DNA of 60,050 nt, filler included, from Asterionella formosa (lineage: Eukaryota), in NCBI GenBank assembly GCA_002256025.1. It is 8 parts of 8 records of this genome, joined end to end, with 100 filler letters (N's around TTAATTAATTAA, not from the genome) between each part and the next. Parts side by side here need not be neighbours in the genome. Positions count along the whole stretch, not along the records: positions 1 to 7,439 come from NKIB01012450.1; positions 7,540 to 14,971 come from NKIB01012451.1; 6 more parts are not named here. One strand, written 5' to 3'. Below the pieces are notes generated by a model, which saw only the letters and a program-made list of their open reading frames with translations, was not told the DNA's origin and ran no database searches. Every line of letters starts with the position of its first letter. Within the stretch, counting starts at the first letter, position 1. Below, piece after piece: positions 1-10,513 of the stretch. The position numbers were made by a program, and so were the translations under genes.

Positions 1-220
1 AAAATTTTTTTGACCGTTTTTGTCACTTTTAAAATGGATAGATCTCAGTTAATATACCGGTATGTTCAAGTAAAGAAATGATCTAATTCTCATGTACCTT
101 AATGAACTAACTAATATCGTGCCAAAGGGCGAAAGAGGGGATTGATTTTAGCATAATTCTAGAATTAGTCGGAAAACGATAGAATAACGTGGCTCAAAGC
201 CATTTTTAACTGTTACTGTA
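1..220. mobile_element. Possible terminus of a Tc1/mariner-like non-autonomous element
   Basis: AT-rich non-coding stretch ending ...TAACTGTTACTG|TA (minus strand TA|CAGTAACAG), a CAGT terminus next to TA. Only one end is visible because the scaffold starts inside it. Confidence 0.25.
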
Positions 221-398
221 CCGGTACCTGGTACCACCATCAGAAAGAATCATTCTTTGTAAATTTTCTTCCCTCAATAACATCTCGAGCCATCCATGGA
301 CGTGGAGGAAGAATTATAGTGACATCCAGACAGGATTCCCCTTTGAAGACTAGTTATTTAACAGCCAATTCCTTGACAATGACTAGCAGGAAGTAGCA

Positions 399-1775
399 AT
401 GGTCCCGCTTTGCACTCCAAATCTCTTTATGGTGGGACGTTGTGTTGGAAGGAAGCGCGCATTCGTGTTGAGGCGCATTCTCTTATCAGCAGCTTTGATA
501 GTGGCTATTCTATTACACCTCGCGCTGATAGTCAAGCTGAGAAAGGAAATTCTTTTCGCTGATCTATACTATACTTCAGATGTCATTACTCGAATCCCCT
601 TCGCTTCATTCGCAAGTACTAGATCCAAGACGGTTTTCATCCCTGGAACAAAGGCTGTCATAGCGTATGCGATTTCAATTACATCTTGTCCCGCGCTGAA
701 CGATACAAGCACACATTCTGTTTTTGACGGACCAGCTGTTCTTGGTTACTCAATTTACAGATCGTCGATACGTTCCAATGCTACCGAGTCAAAGTACGAC
801 TTTGAGTTATTTGCCTTCGTCCACCCTGATGCGCAAGAATGTGCGGAGAATCTATCCAAAATCGGATACAATGTGCTGATACGACCCACAGCTGTTGACG
901 TCAACCGTATAAAGAACAAGCAATACAAAATAGATATTGAGACGAAGGGTTGCTGTGGATCAAAAGAATTTATGAAGCTGTGGGCGTATACTTTAGTTGA
1001 CTATCCAATTGTTGTTCACTTGGATACTGATTGCTTTCTGAACAAGCCATTTGATGAACTATTTGATGCGATGCTAACAGGTAATGCTTCTGAAATGACA
1101 CTCCCAACCATGTTCAATAAGCCCTTGCCTCCCAAGATAGATTTTTTCTTTACTCGTGACTATCACCAAAGGAGCAAGATAACAACCGACCCTAGCAAAT
1201 ATGGCGTTCAGGGAGGATTCTTTGTTGCAAGACCTGATTTGCAGCTTTTCCAAGAGCTTCAAGACTCTATTGAAACAGGAAACTATACAGCAGGGGGAGG
1301 ATGGACAGGGAATCTATACGGTGGATACTGGGGATCGTCACAAATTCAAGGGTTTTTGAGCTACTTTTATGGATCGGTTCGTTCATTTTCCGCAGTAGAG
1401 CTGAATCGATGCATTTTCAACTCAATGACGGACGATGATCCCATTTTTGATGGCAAGTGTCGAACAGGTGAAAATAAATGCGAGGACTGCCGACTGACAC
1501 CCGTGTCGGAAGTTGTCAGTTTCCATATGACAACATGCTGGAAGCCTTGGCAGTGTCCCAAGATCTCGAAACCACATCCTGTTACATGTAATGACGTTCA
1601 TTTGGCTTGGTTCAAACTGAGACAGTCACTTGAAATCGAGTGGGGCATAGACGTCCCAAAAGATGGTTGGTGGTTTAAACGGACATTAGGTTACTGCCAG
1701 CGACCAGAGGGAGCTAAACGACGAATTTACATTCCTTTGCAGTTTGGACCACAGGTACCTGCATTGATGAAGTGA
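399..1775 (+). CDS. GT-A fold glycosyltransferase, GT8/glycogenin-like, type II membrane protein
   Basis: 458-aa ORF with N-terminal TM anchor (RILLSAALIVAILLHLALIV), EFMKLWAYTL..YPIVVHLDTD (DxD motif), VQGGFFVARP and H-x4-KPW. Confidence 0.8.
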   Translation: MVPLCTPNLFMVGRCVGRKRAFVLRRILLSAALIVAILLHLALIVKLRKEILFADLYYTSDVITRIPFASFASTRSKTVFIPGTKAVIAYAISITSCPALNDTSTHSVFDGPAVLGYSIYRSSIRSNATESKYDFELFAFVHPDAQECAENLSKIGYNVLIRPTAVDVNRIKNKQYKIDIETKGCCGSKEFMKLWAYTLVDYPIVVHLDTDCFLNKPFDELFDAMLTGNASEMTLPTMFNKPLPPKIDFFFTRDYHQRSKITTDPSKYGVQGGFFVARPDLQLFQELQDSIETGNYTAGGGWTGNLYGGYWGSSQIQGFLSYFYGSVRSFSAVELNRCIFNSMTDDDPIFDGKCRTGENKCEDCRLTPVSEVVSFHMTTCWKPWQCPKISKPHPVTCNDVHLAWFKLRQSLEIEWGIDVPKDGWWFKRTLGYCQRPEGAKRRIYIPLQFGPQVPALMK

Positions 1776-1971
1776 ACCGACGTTCACCATTTTTGGGTTA
1801 TCATCGTCAATATAGCCTAATTGCCGATAGAAAAGCTGGCATTTCCTGCATATTGCACAAAACTAACAACTTAAGATACAGCTAGACTAGTGGCTGAGTT
1901 GTACCACTTGACAAACCCAAAATTTTCCATGCATCACTGGGTCTTGATTTTCGTCCACACAAAATTTTGAC

Positions 1972-2646
1972 TTAAAAGACTCCTGTCTCATCGCGTTGCC
2001 GCTTCATTGCTACTGCCATCCATTCCAACTGGTCCAGCATTTCTGGTAACTGCTTGAGCATCCGGGCTGTAGGCTCAACCGGTGTACCATCTTCTTTGAT
2101 GAGACTAGCTACATCTGGAAGGCCAACCAGTTTGGAAACAGGCAAACATCCAAGTTCATGATTCATAACTTGAATGCACATGGCGGCACGCATACCACCC
2201 CAAGGTCCTGGAGAATATGTGATGATACCAGAAGGCTTGCACTTGTACAAGGAGCCTCCAAAATGTCCCATGATGGATGAAAGGGCAGGAGGCGCAACAT
2301 GGTTGTATTCCGGTGAGATGATAATGAAAGCATCAGCGTTCGCAATGGTTTGCTTCAGTGCTGCAGCTTTTGGTGGAAGTTCTTTAAGGAAGAATGTTGG
2401 AACCGTCAATTCTCCTCGGCTGATTTCGGCGAGAGCTCCACCTTGACCGAAGACTTCCAATGGATCGACCACATAGATTTCGTGCTTGATACTTTCACTG
2501 CCGAGCTTGGCATTGCGGGCTTCAATTGATTGCTTGACCCATTTCAAAACTCGATCTCCAGTTCGACTGTCTCCTCCCCAAGGTGGTTTGCAATCACGAG
2601 CAGACCCCAAAAAGATGACTGTTTTCAAGATCTTAAGCGTCGCCAT
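1972..2646 (-). CDS. NADPH-dependent FMN reductase / azoreductase (flavodoxin-like)
   Basis: [21 protein letters not shown] and [18 protein letters not shown] motifs. First ATG at 2646 (MATLKILK). Confidence 0.88.
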   Translation of the reverse strand: MATLKILKTVIFLGSARDCKPPWGGDSRTGDRVLKWVKQSIEARNAKLGSESIKHEIYVVDPLEVFGQGGALAEISRGELTVPTFFLKELPPKAAALKQTIANADAFIIISPEYNHVAPPALSSIMGHFGGSLYKCKPSGIITYSPGPWGGMRAAMCIQVMNHELGCLPVSKLVGLPDVASLIKEDGTPVEPTARMLKQLPEMLDQLEWMAVAMKRQRDETGVF

Positions 2647-3742
2647 TTTGATCCAAAATATCTTTTTTTGAGCACACAATGATACTTCTGTACCGGTATC
2701 TCAAAATGTTGTGTTTATGGATTTGATATGTTTTATCTGCCAGTATTAACTGGTACCTGGTACGTAGTCTACAGGCTGGCATTGTTCCGAGGAAGGACAA
2801 GATCTACCGGTACCTATGTAAGTGTACATTTTTGGAGTTGCTATTACGATTATGTAGTACCGGTACTGTATGTATCTTCGTCGATTCGATTCGAATACTA
2901 ACGTTCTTCGAAGAAGTTCTTTTCTTCATTTTGTGCGTCTGTAAAATATATGCACTGGAGTATATACTTATCATGGACTATGGACAATAATAATTTAGNN
3001 NNNNNNNNNNNNNNNNNNNNNNNNNNNNNNNNNNNNNNNNNNNNNNNNNNNNNNNNNNNNNNNNNNNNNNNNNNNNNNNNNNNNNNNNNNNNNNNNNNNN
3101 NNNNNNNNNNNNNNNNNNNNNNNNNNNNNNNNNNNNNNNNNNNNNNNNNNNNNNNNNNNNNNNNNNNNNNNNNNNNNNNNNNNNNNNNNNNNNNNNNNNN
3201 NNNNNNNNNNNNNNNNNNNNNNNNNNNNNNNNNNNNNNNNNNNNNNNNNNNNNNNNNNNNNNNNNNNNNNNNNNNNNNNNNNNNNNNNNNNNNNNNNNNN
3301 NNNNNNNNNNNNNNNNNNNNNNNNNNNNNNNNNNNNNNNNNNNNNNNNNNNNNNNNNNNNNNNNNNNNNNNNNNNNNNNNNNNNNNNNNNNNNNNNNNNN
3401 NNNNNNNNNNNNNNNNNNNNNNNNNNNNNNNNNNNNNNNNNNNNNNNNNNNNNNNNNNNNNNNNNNNNNNNNNNNNNNNNNNNNNNNNNNNNNNNNNNNN
3501 NNNNNNNNNNNNNNNNNNNNNNNNNNNNNNNNNNNNNNNNNNNNNNNNNNNNNNNNNNNNNNNNNNNNNNNNNNNNNNNNNNNNNNNNNNNNNNNNNNNN
3601 NNNNNNNNNNNNNNNNNNNNNNNNNNNNNNNNNNNNNNNNNNNNNNNNNNNNNNNNNNNNNNNNNNNNNNNNNNNNNNNNNNNNNNNNNNNNNNNGAAGA
3701 CTAATCATAATTTTTCACAGTTCCTGCAAAACCACCATCAAG

Positions 3743-6096
3743 ATGCAACGTTTTGTTGCCACCTCCATCACCCTATTGGTCCTCCAACTGACGGATGCCT
3801 CTCTCTTTGGAAGACCGAGTATCTTGTCCTCGAGTCAACCCCAATTCAATAACTCATGGGGTCGGCTGATATCCAGAGCAAGGTCGCCCGCCGCACTTTC
3901 GTCCATCGAACTGTTGCGAGGAGGTGCCGACGGAGGAAAGATTGAAGGACCCTGCATTGGCATCGATCTTGGAACGACGTACTCGTGTGTCGCTGTTTGG
4001 CGGAACAACAGAGTGGACATTTGCCCCAATGAGCAAGGGAATCGAATTACCCCTTCGTATGTTGCATTCAGCAAAGAGGGCACTCGTCTAGTCGGGGACT
4101 CAGCTAAGAATCAAGCCTCGCAAAACCCTGCTGGAACTGTATTCGATGTCAAGCGATTGATTGGACGCAAATTCAATGACGCGTCTGTTCAGAAAGACAA
4201 GGCTCTGTTCCCTTTCAAGATCGGAAGTGATAAGGCCGGGAAACCAACTGTTGAAATCGAGGGTGCGATCGCGAAAGCGCACTCCAAAAGCGTCTACACT
4301 CCAGAAGAAATCAGTGCCATGATTTTGCGAAAAATGAAGGAAACGGCCGAGGCGTATTTGGGTGTCGAAGTCAAGCACGCAGTCGTGACAGTTCCCGCAT
4401 ATTTCAATGATGCCCAAAGGCAAGCGACCAAGGACGCCGGAACTATTGCTGGACTGAAGATTGAGCGTGTCATCAACGAGCCAACTGCTGCTGCAATTGC
4501 TTATGGCTTGGATAAGCAAGACCGAGAAGAAACAATTTTGGTGTTTGACCTAGGTGGGGGCACCTTCGATGTGACACTTTTGAGCATTGACAACGGTGTC
4601 TTCGAGGTACGAGCCACCTCTGGTGATACTCACTTGGGAGGAGAGGACTTTGATCAGCGTCTGATGGAATGGTGTATCAGCCAGTTTAAGCGCCAATCTG
4701 GTTTCGATGTTACGGAAGATAAGCGTGCGGTTCAAAGGCTGCGAACACAATGTGAGAAGGCCAAGCGCACCCTGTCGACGCAATCATCCGCCAGTATCGA
4801 TTGCGAGGCGCTTGCAAACGGACAGGATTTCAGCACAACGATTTCAAGAGCCAAGTTTGAAGAACTCAACCTTGACCTCTTTAAAAAAACCATGATTCCC
4901 GTTACTCAGGTTTTGAAAGATTCCGGCATGAGCAAGAACGACGTTGATCAAATTATTCTTGTTGGTGGATCTACTCGTATCCCAAAGGTCCAAGCCATGC
5001 TCACTGAGTACTTTGGTGGAAAGGAATTGAACAAAAGCATAAACCCTGATGAAGCTGTGGTAAGTTCAAGATAGTTTGGTTATTATCTGACACTGCTAAT
5101 GAAGAGAACTCGTACGCTTGGCTTCTGATGATTGCTCCTCGGCCGGAAATAGTTAGCTGGAACAAAACCGTTGAGTGATCTTGATGTGAACGCATACACT
5201 TTTACGAAGCATTCTTCGTATTAGAAACATTTTTGTCTTTTAATTCTTTTCCTCACAGTTTTGTGCTCGCTCAACAGGCATACGGTGCAGCTGTTCAAGG
5301 TGGAATTCTCAGTGGTGATGCTGCTGAAGCTACGAAGGATGTGCTTTTGTTAGACGTTGCCCCTTTATCACTTGGAATCGAGACGGCTGGAGGTGTCTTC
5401 ACTGCTCTCGTCAAGCGTGGCACAACCATCCCTGTGAAGAAGTCTCAAATCTTCTCCACTTACGCTGACAACCAACCCGGTGTCAACATCCAAGTATTCG
5501 AGGGAGAGCGTAGCTTGACCAAATCAAATCGATTACTCGGACAATTTGAGTTACAAGGCATTCCTCCTGCACCTCGCGGTGTGCCTCAAATTGAGGTTAG
5601 CTTTGATGTCGATGCTAATGGTATTTTGAGCATTGGAGCACACGACAAAGGAACTGGAAAGTCGCAGACTCTCACTATTACTAGTGAGAAAGGTCGTCTC
5701 TCGGAAGACGAGATCGAGCGAATGGTTCGAGAGGCCGAAGAATTCGCGGAGCAAGACGAGGCTGAAAGGGCTAAGATCCAAGCGCGCAATGAGTTAGAAG
5801 CGTATTTATACAACTTGAAGAATAGCATCACTGACACACTAGTGGATAAGCTAAGCGACGAGGATAAGTCGACTTTGACTACCAGTGTCGAGGAAGCCTT
5901 GGTATGGCTCGAAGACCACCCAGCCGCCGAAAAGATTGAATATGACGAGAAGCAAAAGGAAGTCGAACGGAATGCCAATCCCATTCTCAAGAAAGCTTAC
6001 GAGAGCAGCGGCGCAGGTGACGGTGCCGATGATGATTTTTTGGGCGCAGACCTTGACGGGGTAGGTGACGGCCCCAGTGTAGAAGAGGTCGATTAG
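3743..6096 (+). CDS. HSP70: Hsp70, cytosolic type (EEVD) with a bipartite N-terminal presequence; likely periplastid-compartment Hsp70. Exons 3743-5059 and 5278-6096
   Basis: [27 protein letters not shown] and INPDEAV|AYGAAVQ joined in frame by a GTAAG...CAG intron (5060-5277). Ends GPSVEEVD; hydrophobic signal-like N-terminus. Confidence 0.95.
5099..5180 (+). ncRNA. Candidate intronic box C/D snoRNA (boundaries uncertain)
   Basis: C-like ATGAAGA (5099-5105) and D-like CTGA (5125-5128). ACGCTTGGCT (5114-5123) is complementary to conserved LSU rRNA AGCCAAGCGU as recalled from memory. Confidence 0.35.
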
Positions 6097-6191
6097 GAGG
6101 AAGTAACGACGCGCAACTATATTTTTAGGATAATACCCATATTGCTAATAGACACTTACATCTACACTATTATGGCTTCGTAACGATCCTT

Positions 6192-7367
6192 TTACGCTGG
6201 CGATGCTTGCCAATGTGTTGCTTTGGCTCCCTCTATTTGTTTCCAAAACTTTTGCGCTTCATTGACTCCGTCCCATCGATATTGACCGTTCCCCCACAAC
6301 GCGCTGAACGGGCTAGTCTTCACGTCCGACAGTAGTAGCCAAGCAGCATGCTCGTCTGCCGTCAGGACTTGCTTCAATATGACGGTCTGGTCCGTCTCAT
6401 TCTCGCTAACATTGCAAAATCTGTTAGCAGCATCGACGGCTAGCGTGACTTGGTGTTTATCCTTCATCCCTAGCAGCGTGCAGGGTATCGTGGGATTAGA
6501 CATCGCAACAACAGTGGCGATGGTGGAGATGTTGATTCCTCGAGACTCGCAAATACTAGCAGCCTTTTTGCATGCTTCCTTGAGTGCAGCTGATGCTGGA
6601 TGCCAGTGGGGAGGTTCATCATGTGTCAGGAGTCCCATGGACAGTGGAGCAGCAGCCAGCAACACGATAGCGTTTTCACCGCAGTATTCGGCGAAGCTTT
6701 TGCCTTCGATGAAACGATGTGTAAAGAGACTTGTGTCATGCAAATTGTAGTGACTGTATACCAAGGAAAGGTCCCATATGTTTGCTCCATATTGTTTCAT
6801 AGTCGCTTGCAGAATCTGATGTTGAACTTCTAGGGGATAACCTGTCAGACCCAATGCTTTGCAATATCCCAGTGTTTGACATTGTAGCATAGCAGGAATC
6901 GTTTCTTCCAATAAAATTTCCAAGGTCGGAGCGAACTCGGGGTCATGCAATTGGATGACATTGATGTATCCGCATTTCATTCTCGTCAGCGACCGCTGAA
7001 CAGACTTGATAGTTGCGTCGTACGAAAAATCAAATTGGTGCCGTGGCTCCGCTTCATAGCGACCTACCTTGGTGTTAAGAGTAAGAGATTCGCGAGACAC
7101 ATATGGTTCGAGAGTCTCCATGGCCCAACCAACGACCATTTCGCTTGTTCCGTGTCCATACCAAGGAGCAGTATCGAGGAGAGTTATTCCAGATTTGATG
7201 GCGAAATGAATTGTATCGATCCATTCCTCTACTTTTGGATGCGATGGATCTATATCTTCCGGAGTCAATTTCAATCCAAGACGTAGCTGCTCCTCAGAGG
7301 AGAAAAAGAAGGAAGAAAAGGAGGAACATCCAAGGCCAACAATTGGCGTCGACGATGGAATGTTCAT
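6192..7367 (-). CDS. Aldo-keto reductase, L-galactose/D-arabinose dehydrogenase-like
   Basis: AKR catalytic tetrad in LDTAPWYG (D, Y), TKVGRY (K) and LHDPEF (H), plus AAPLSMGLLT. ATG at 7367; an upstream exon cannot be excluded because the scaffold ends nearby. Confidence 0.85.
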   Translation of the reverse strand: MNIPSSTPIVGLGCSSFSSFFFSSEEQLRLGLKLTPEDIDPSHPKVEEWIDTIHFAIKSGITLLDTAPWYGHGTSEMVVGWAMETLEPYVSRESLTLNTKVGRYEAEPRHQFDFSYDATIKSVQRSLTRMKCGYINVIQLHDPEFAPTLEILLEETIPAMLQCQTLGYCKALGLTGYPLEVQHQILQATMKQYGANIWDLSLVYSHYNLHDTSLFTHRFIEGKSFAEYCGENAIVLLAAAPLSMGLLTHDEPPHWHPASAALKEACKKAASICESRGINISTIATVVAMSNPTIPCTLLGMKDKHQVTLAVDAANRFCNVSENETDQTVILKQVLTADEHAAWLLLSDVKTSPFSALWGNGQYRWDGVNEAQKFWKQIEGAKATHWQASPA

Positions 7368-7439
7368 TTTTGACCCCACTATCGCCCTTGTAGGTACTTT
7401 CGTTGAACTTTCCCCATCCCCATTCCGAACTTCGATATC

Positions 7440-7539
7440 NNNNNNNNNNNNNNNNNNNNNNNNNNNNNNNNNNNNNNNNNNNNTTAATTAATTAANNNNN
7501 NNNNNNNNNNNNNNNNNNNNNNNNNNNNNNNNNNNNNNN
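7440..7539. other. Artificial scaffold linker (44N-TTAATTAATTAA-44N); also at 14972-15071, 22499-22598, 30022-30121, 37532-37631, 45041-45140 and 52546-52645
   Basis: Identical 100-nt spacer with stops in all six frames. Segment lengths are 7439, 7432, 7427, 7423, 7410, 7409, 7405 and 7405, i.e. sorted by size. Confidence 0.97.
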
Positions 7540-7601
7540 ACCATTCTGAACCACACCGGTCCAGTAAAGCGAATGCTAGTCCGAGCTCTACTGATCAAAT
7601 C

Positions 7602-10094
7602 ATGGAGGGCTTTCGATACTACTACGAGAGCTCTTTGCGTGTAGAGGACAACATTGATTGGAGCGTACATTCTGTCGATTATGGACTCTTCAAGAAGCGG
7701 TTGATGTTCTTTTCTGAGCGGCGAATTCGATTGCGACGGTTGCTTAGAAACAGCACCGATGGACTCCTTCCCGAAAACATCGTGGTTGGCATAGTTGGCC
7801 CGGTAGGTCAGACCATCTTGGATATTCCAAGCCCTGGAAGCTACATTCCTCTAGCAGATAGCAGCGGTAGTAGTCAATCAACCACTCAGAATCCTGAAAT
7901 CAGTCAAGCAGACGCCTTCACCGGCATGATGAGGGGGCACTTGGATAAGCGGCTAAAGTTGAAGGCCATTATGAGACGACTTTCCAATTCAGAAAGAAAC
8001 GAAGTAACGCTCTTTCTGAGCTACGAATTGGAGAAGGTGGTCATGTTTTATCACGCTCAATGGTCCCACTTAACACAAATATTTACGGAAATGGGGCCAT
8101 CTGAATACCTCGCTAACGAAATATTGGAACTTCTCTCGTTTTGCACCACAAACATTTTAGCCATAAGGCAGATTCTTATTCGATACGATGCCTTTGTCCG
8201 GAACTATGGTGGGACTCCCATGCTCCAATGGTATATGAAGAAGGTGCTGAAACCCAACAACCCAAACCCCTTCCGCAAACTGCTGCATCACGAAGAATTG
8301 AAGGCATTGATAGATTCATTGGAACGAGAATATACTGGTCCGCTCATGGAATTCGGCGCGAGAAAGCAGCTATTTCTGGAAAGTTTAGATAGGAGTCGGC
8401 AAGCGGAATTCATGGCGAAGAACGGTTCGGCATTCTGGAAAGACTCTATCTTACAAACCATGCAAGACGTTATACTTTTATCCATTGGCATGATGGAAGA
8501 TACACGCATGGGTCTGGAACCTACCTTTATGAAAATGAGGGGAGCGTCACTGACTGATGACATGCAACAGATCTCGGATTGGCGTAAAGGGCGCAATTTA
8601 ATACTGTCGCCTCCCGAACCCAAACCGACGTTGTCATTTAAACAAAGGTTTGCTCTGGGATTGAATTTGGTCAGTGGATTCTTTTACTGCATGAACTACT
8701 ATATTGTCGAACCTTCTTCGACTTCGTACGTCAATGCACTTGGATGTAGCGATGCCATGTCTGGGCTGTTAATTGGAATGATGCCTTTGGCGGCTTTGGC
8801 GTCTGCGATGGCTTATTCCATATGGACCAATACTTCCTTTCGATCGCCTTTGTTGGTTTCTTCCATGCTATTGGTTGCAGGTAACTTGGTGTACAGCTCG
8901 GCCTACAAGCACGGATCCATCGGGTTCGCCTTGGCAGGACGCTTCATGACTGGGCTGGGAGCACCGAAATGTATCATTAGGCGCTACATGGCCGACACTA
9001 CACCAGTAGCTTTGAGAACTTCGGTGAACGCTGCTTTTGGTATGGCGATTGCTGTCGGATCTGCCATGGGCCCAGCTGCCGCCATTTTTGTCAGTGATTG
9101 GAACAGAATTTACAGATTGCCCTTTTTTGGCTCCATCATTGTCAACAGCATGACGGGGCCTGGCTATCTCATGGCCATGATTTGGACAGTCTATACCATC
9201 GTTGTATTCATTACTTTTGTCGAACCGAGCCGAGCAGGTCTTGAGGAGCAGAAAATTTTAGAAATGAAGAAAAAGGGAAAGTTCGTCGATGAAGGTGATG
9301 GACTAATGATTGACGAAGCGCCTTCGCGAATGCGAGGCTACGATCGACAACAACGAGAAGACGACTTGAGTACCGTATTTAGTGGTGAAGTGGACGAGTC
9401 CGCAAATTCTGAACGAGAATTTCTGGATAAGTCTTGGTCGATCCAAATCAAAGAGTGCCTGGGACATTTGAATTCTTCAGTAAAACTTTGTTTGGGTCTA
9501 CTTTTTGCCAAGACGTTTACCATTGAAGCGTTGGTTAGTTGTACGTCTGCTCTCACAAAGAATCGATATAACTGGCATATTGAGCAAGTCGGCATCATGG
9601 GATGTGTTAATGGACTTCTTGTGATTCCCTTTTCCATTGGTGTAGGGTATTTGTCCATGATGTACCAAGATCGAGTCCTCATGACCTATCTGGTTTCAAT
9701 TGGAGCTTTTGGTTACTTTTTGCTTATTGATTGGACGGATCTCCGAGCAACTCCATCCGACACCTACAACCAAGGTGTCATGTTTTCTGTGGGCCCTCCA
9801 CGATACGTTCTTGGATACTTTATCGCTTACGTTTCTATTCAATCGTTTGAAGGAGTAATCGGATCGACCCTAAGTAAGGTCATTCCGACTGCTCTTGCTT
9901 CAGGGACAATTAATTCAGGCCTGCTAGCGACCATGGTCGATACTCTTGGACGAGCATCTGGCGATATTTTCATTTCCATTATGGGTTATATCAACCTTCG
10001 GCAGCTTATGAACTTGCTTTTCATCCCCACCTTCACCGTTTTAATAAGTTGTCTTGTCATGATTCGACGAAATTATGACATGTTGGCAGTCTAG
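7602..10094 (+). CDS. SPX-MFS protein (vacuolar phosphate transporter-like)
   Basis: SPX-like N-terminus (WSVHSVDYGLFKKRL, ELEKVVMFY, N..AIRQILIRYD) followed by a multi-TM MFS domain (LAGRFMTGLGAP, GSAMGPA). Confidence 0.85.
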   Translation: MEGFRYYYESSLRVEDNIDWSVHSVDYGLFKKRLMFFSERRIRLRRLLRNSTDGLLPENIVVGIVGPVGQTILDIPSPGSYIPLADSSGSSQSTTQNPEISQADAFTGMMRGHLDKRLKLKAIMRRLSNSERNEVTLFLSYELEKVVMFYHAQWSHLTQIFTEMGPSEYLANEILELLSFCTTNILAIRQILIRYDAFVRNYGGTPMLQWYMKKVLKPNNPNPFRKLLHHEELKALIDSLEREYTGPLMEFGARKQLFLESLDRSRQAEFMAKNGSAFWKDSILQTMQDVILLSIGMMEDTRMGLEPTFMKMRGASLTDDMQQISDWRKGRNLILSPPEPKPTLSFKQRFALGLNLVSGFFYCMNYYIVEPSSTSYVNALGCSDAMSGLLIGMMPLAALASAMAYSIWTNTSFRSPLLVSSMLLVAGNLVYSSAYKHGSIGFALAGRFMTGLGAPKCIIRRYMADTTPVALRTSVNAAFGMAIAVGSAMGPAAAIFVSDWNRIYRLPFFGSIIVNSMTGPGYLMAMIWTVYTIVVFITFVEPSRAGLEEQKILEMKKKGKFVDEGDGLMIDEAPSRMRGYDRQQREDDLSTVFSGEVDESANSEREFLDKSWSIQIKECLGHLNSSVKLCLGLLFAKTFTIEALVSCTSALTKNRYNWHIEQVGIMGCVNGLLVIPFSIGVGYLSMMYQDRVLMTYLVSIGAFGYFLLIDWTDLRATPSDTYNQGVMFSVGPPRYVLGYFIAYVSIQSFEGVIGSTLSKVIPTALASGTINSGLLATMVDTLGRASGDIFISIMGYINLRQLMNLLFIPTFTVLISCLVMIRRNYDMLAV

Positions 10095-10513
10095 AATCGA
10101 AGTGACTTTAACTAATTGAATCCGTTGCATGGCCACTTTTAGTTGACCCATCCCACTTTGTTGACATGCCATAGCGAGTTTTGTTTTCGCGCTGGACGAA
10201 ATAGAAGCCATATTCCCCTTTGGGAATGCCAATGGAAACTTTGCATTGAAATTCTAGCTCAGGTGAGGGCGTGACTGCACTCAAGGAGGATACAAGCGAA
10301 TTGCCCCTTGTCGACAAAGTCATTACTAGTGGATATTTCCTTGAGACGAGGCACAGAAAATAAATATGGTATGGCTAGTTTATTTGCTTGGATAATCGCT
10401 GTCGCCGACTGTGTGACATCATTTCTTTTCAGAGAGACACCTTCTACACATTGTTTAGTAAATATACTATCTGGTAGTTTACCTGGTAGCAGCAGCAAAT
10501 CGTGTAATGAGTC

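Noticed and set aside
2900..2925. Heat-shock element upstream of Hsp70 (TTCTTCGAAGAA palindrome)
   Set aside because: Spacing does not fit nGAAnnTTCn, and a ~700-nt gap separates it from the gene.
2950..3742. Long X-filled ORFs across N gaps (also 12470-13075)
   Set aside because: Artefacts of translating Ns.
7484..7495. Regularly spaced TTAATTAATTAA palindromes as a biological repeat
   Set aside because: Each is embedded in identical N padding; this is an assembly linker.
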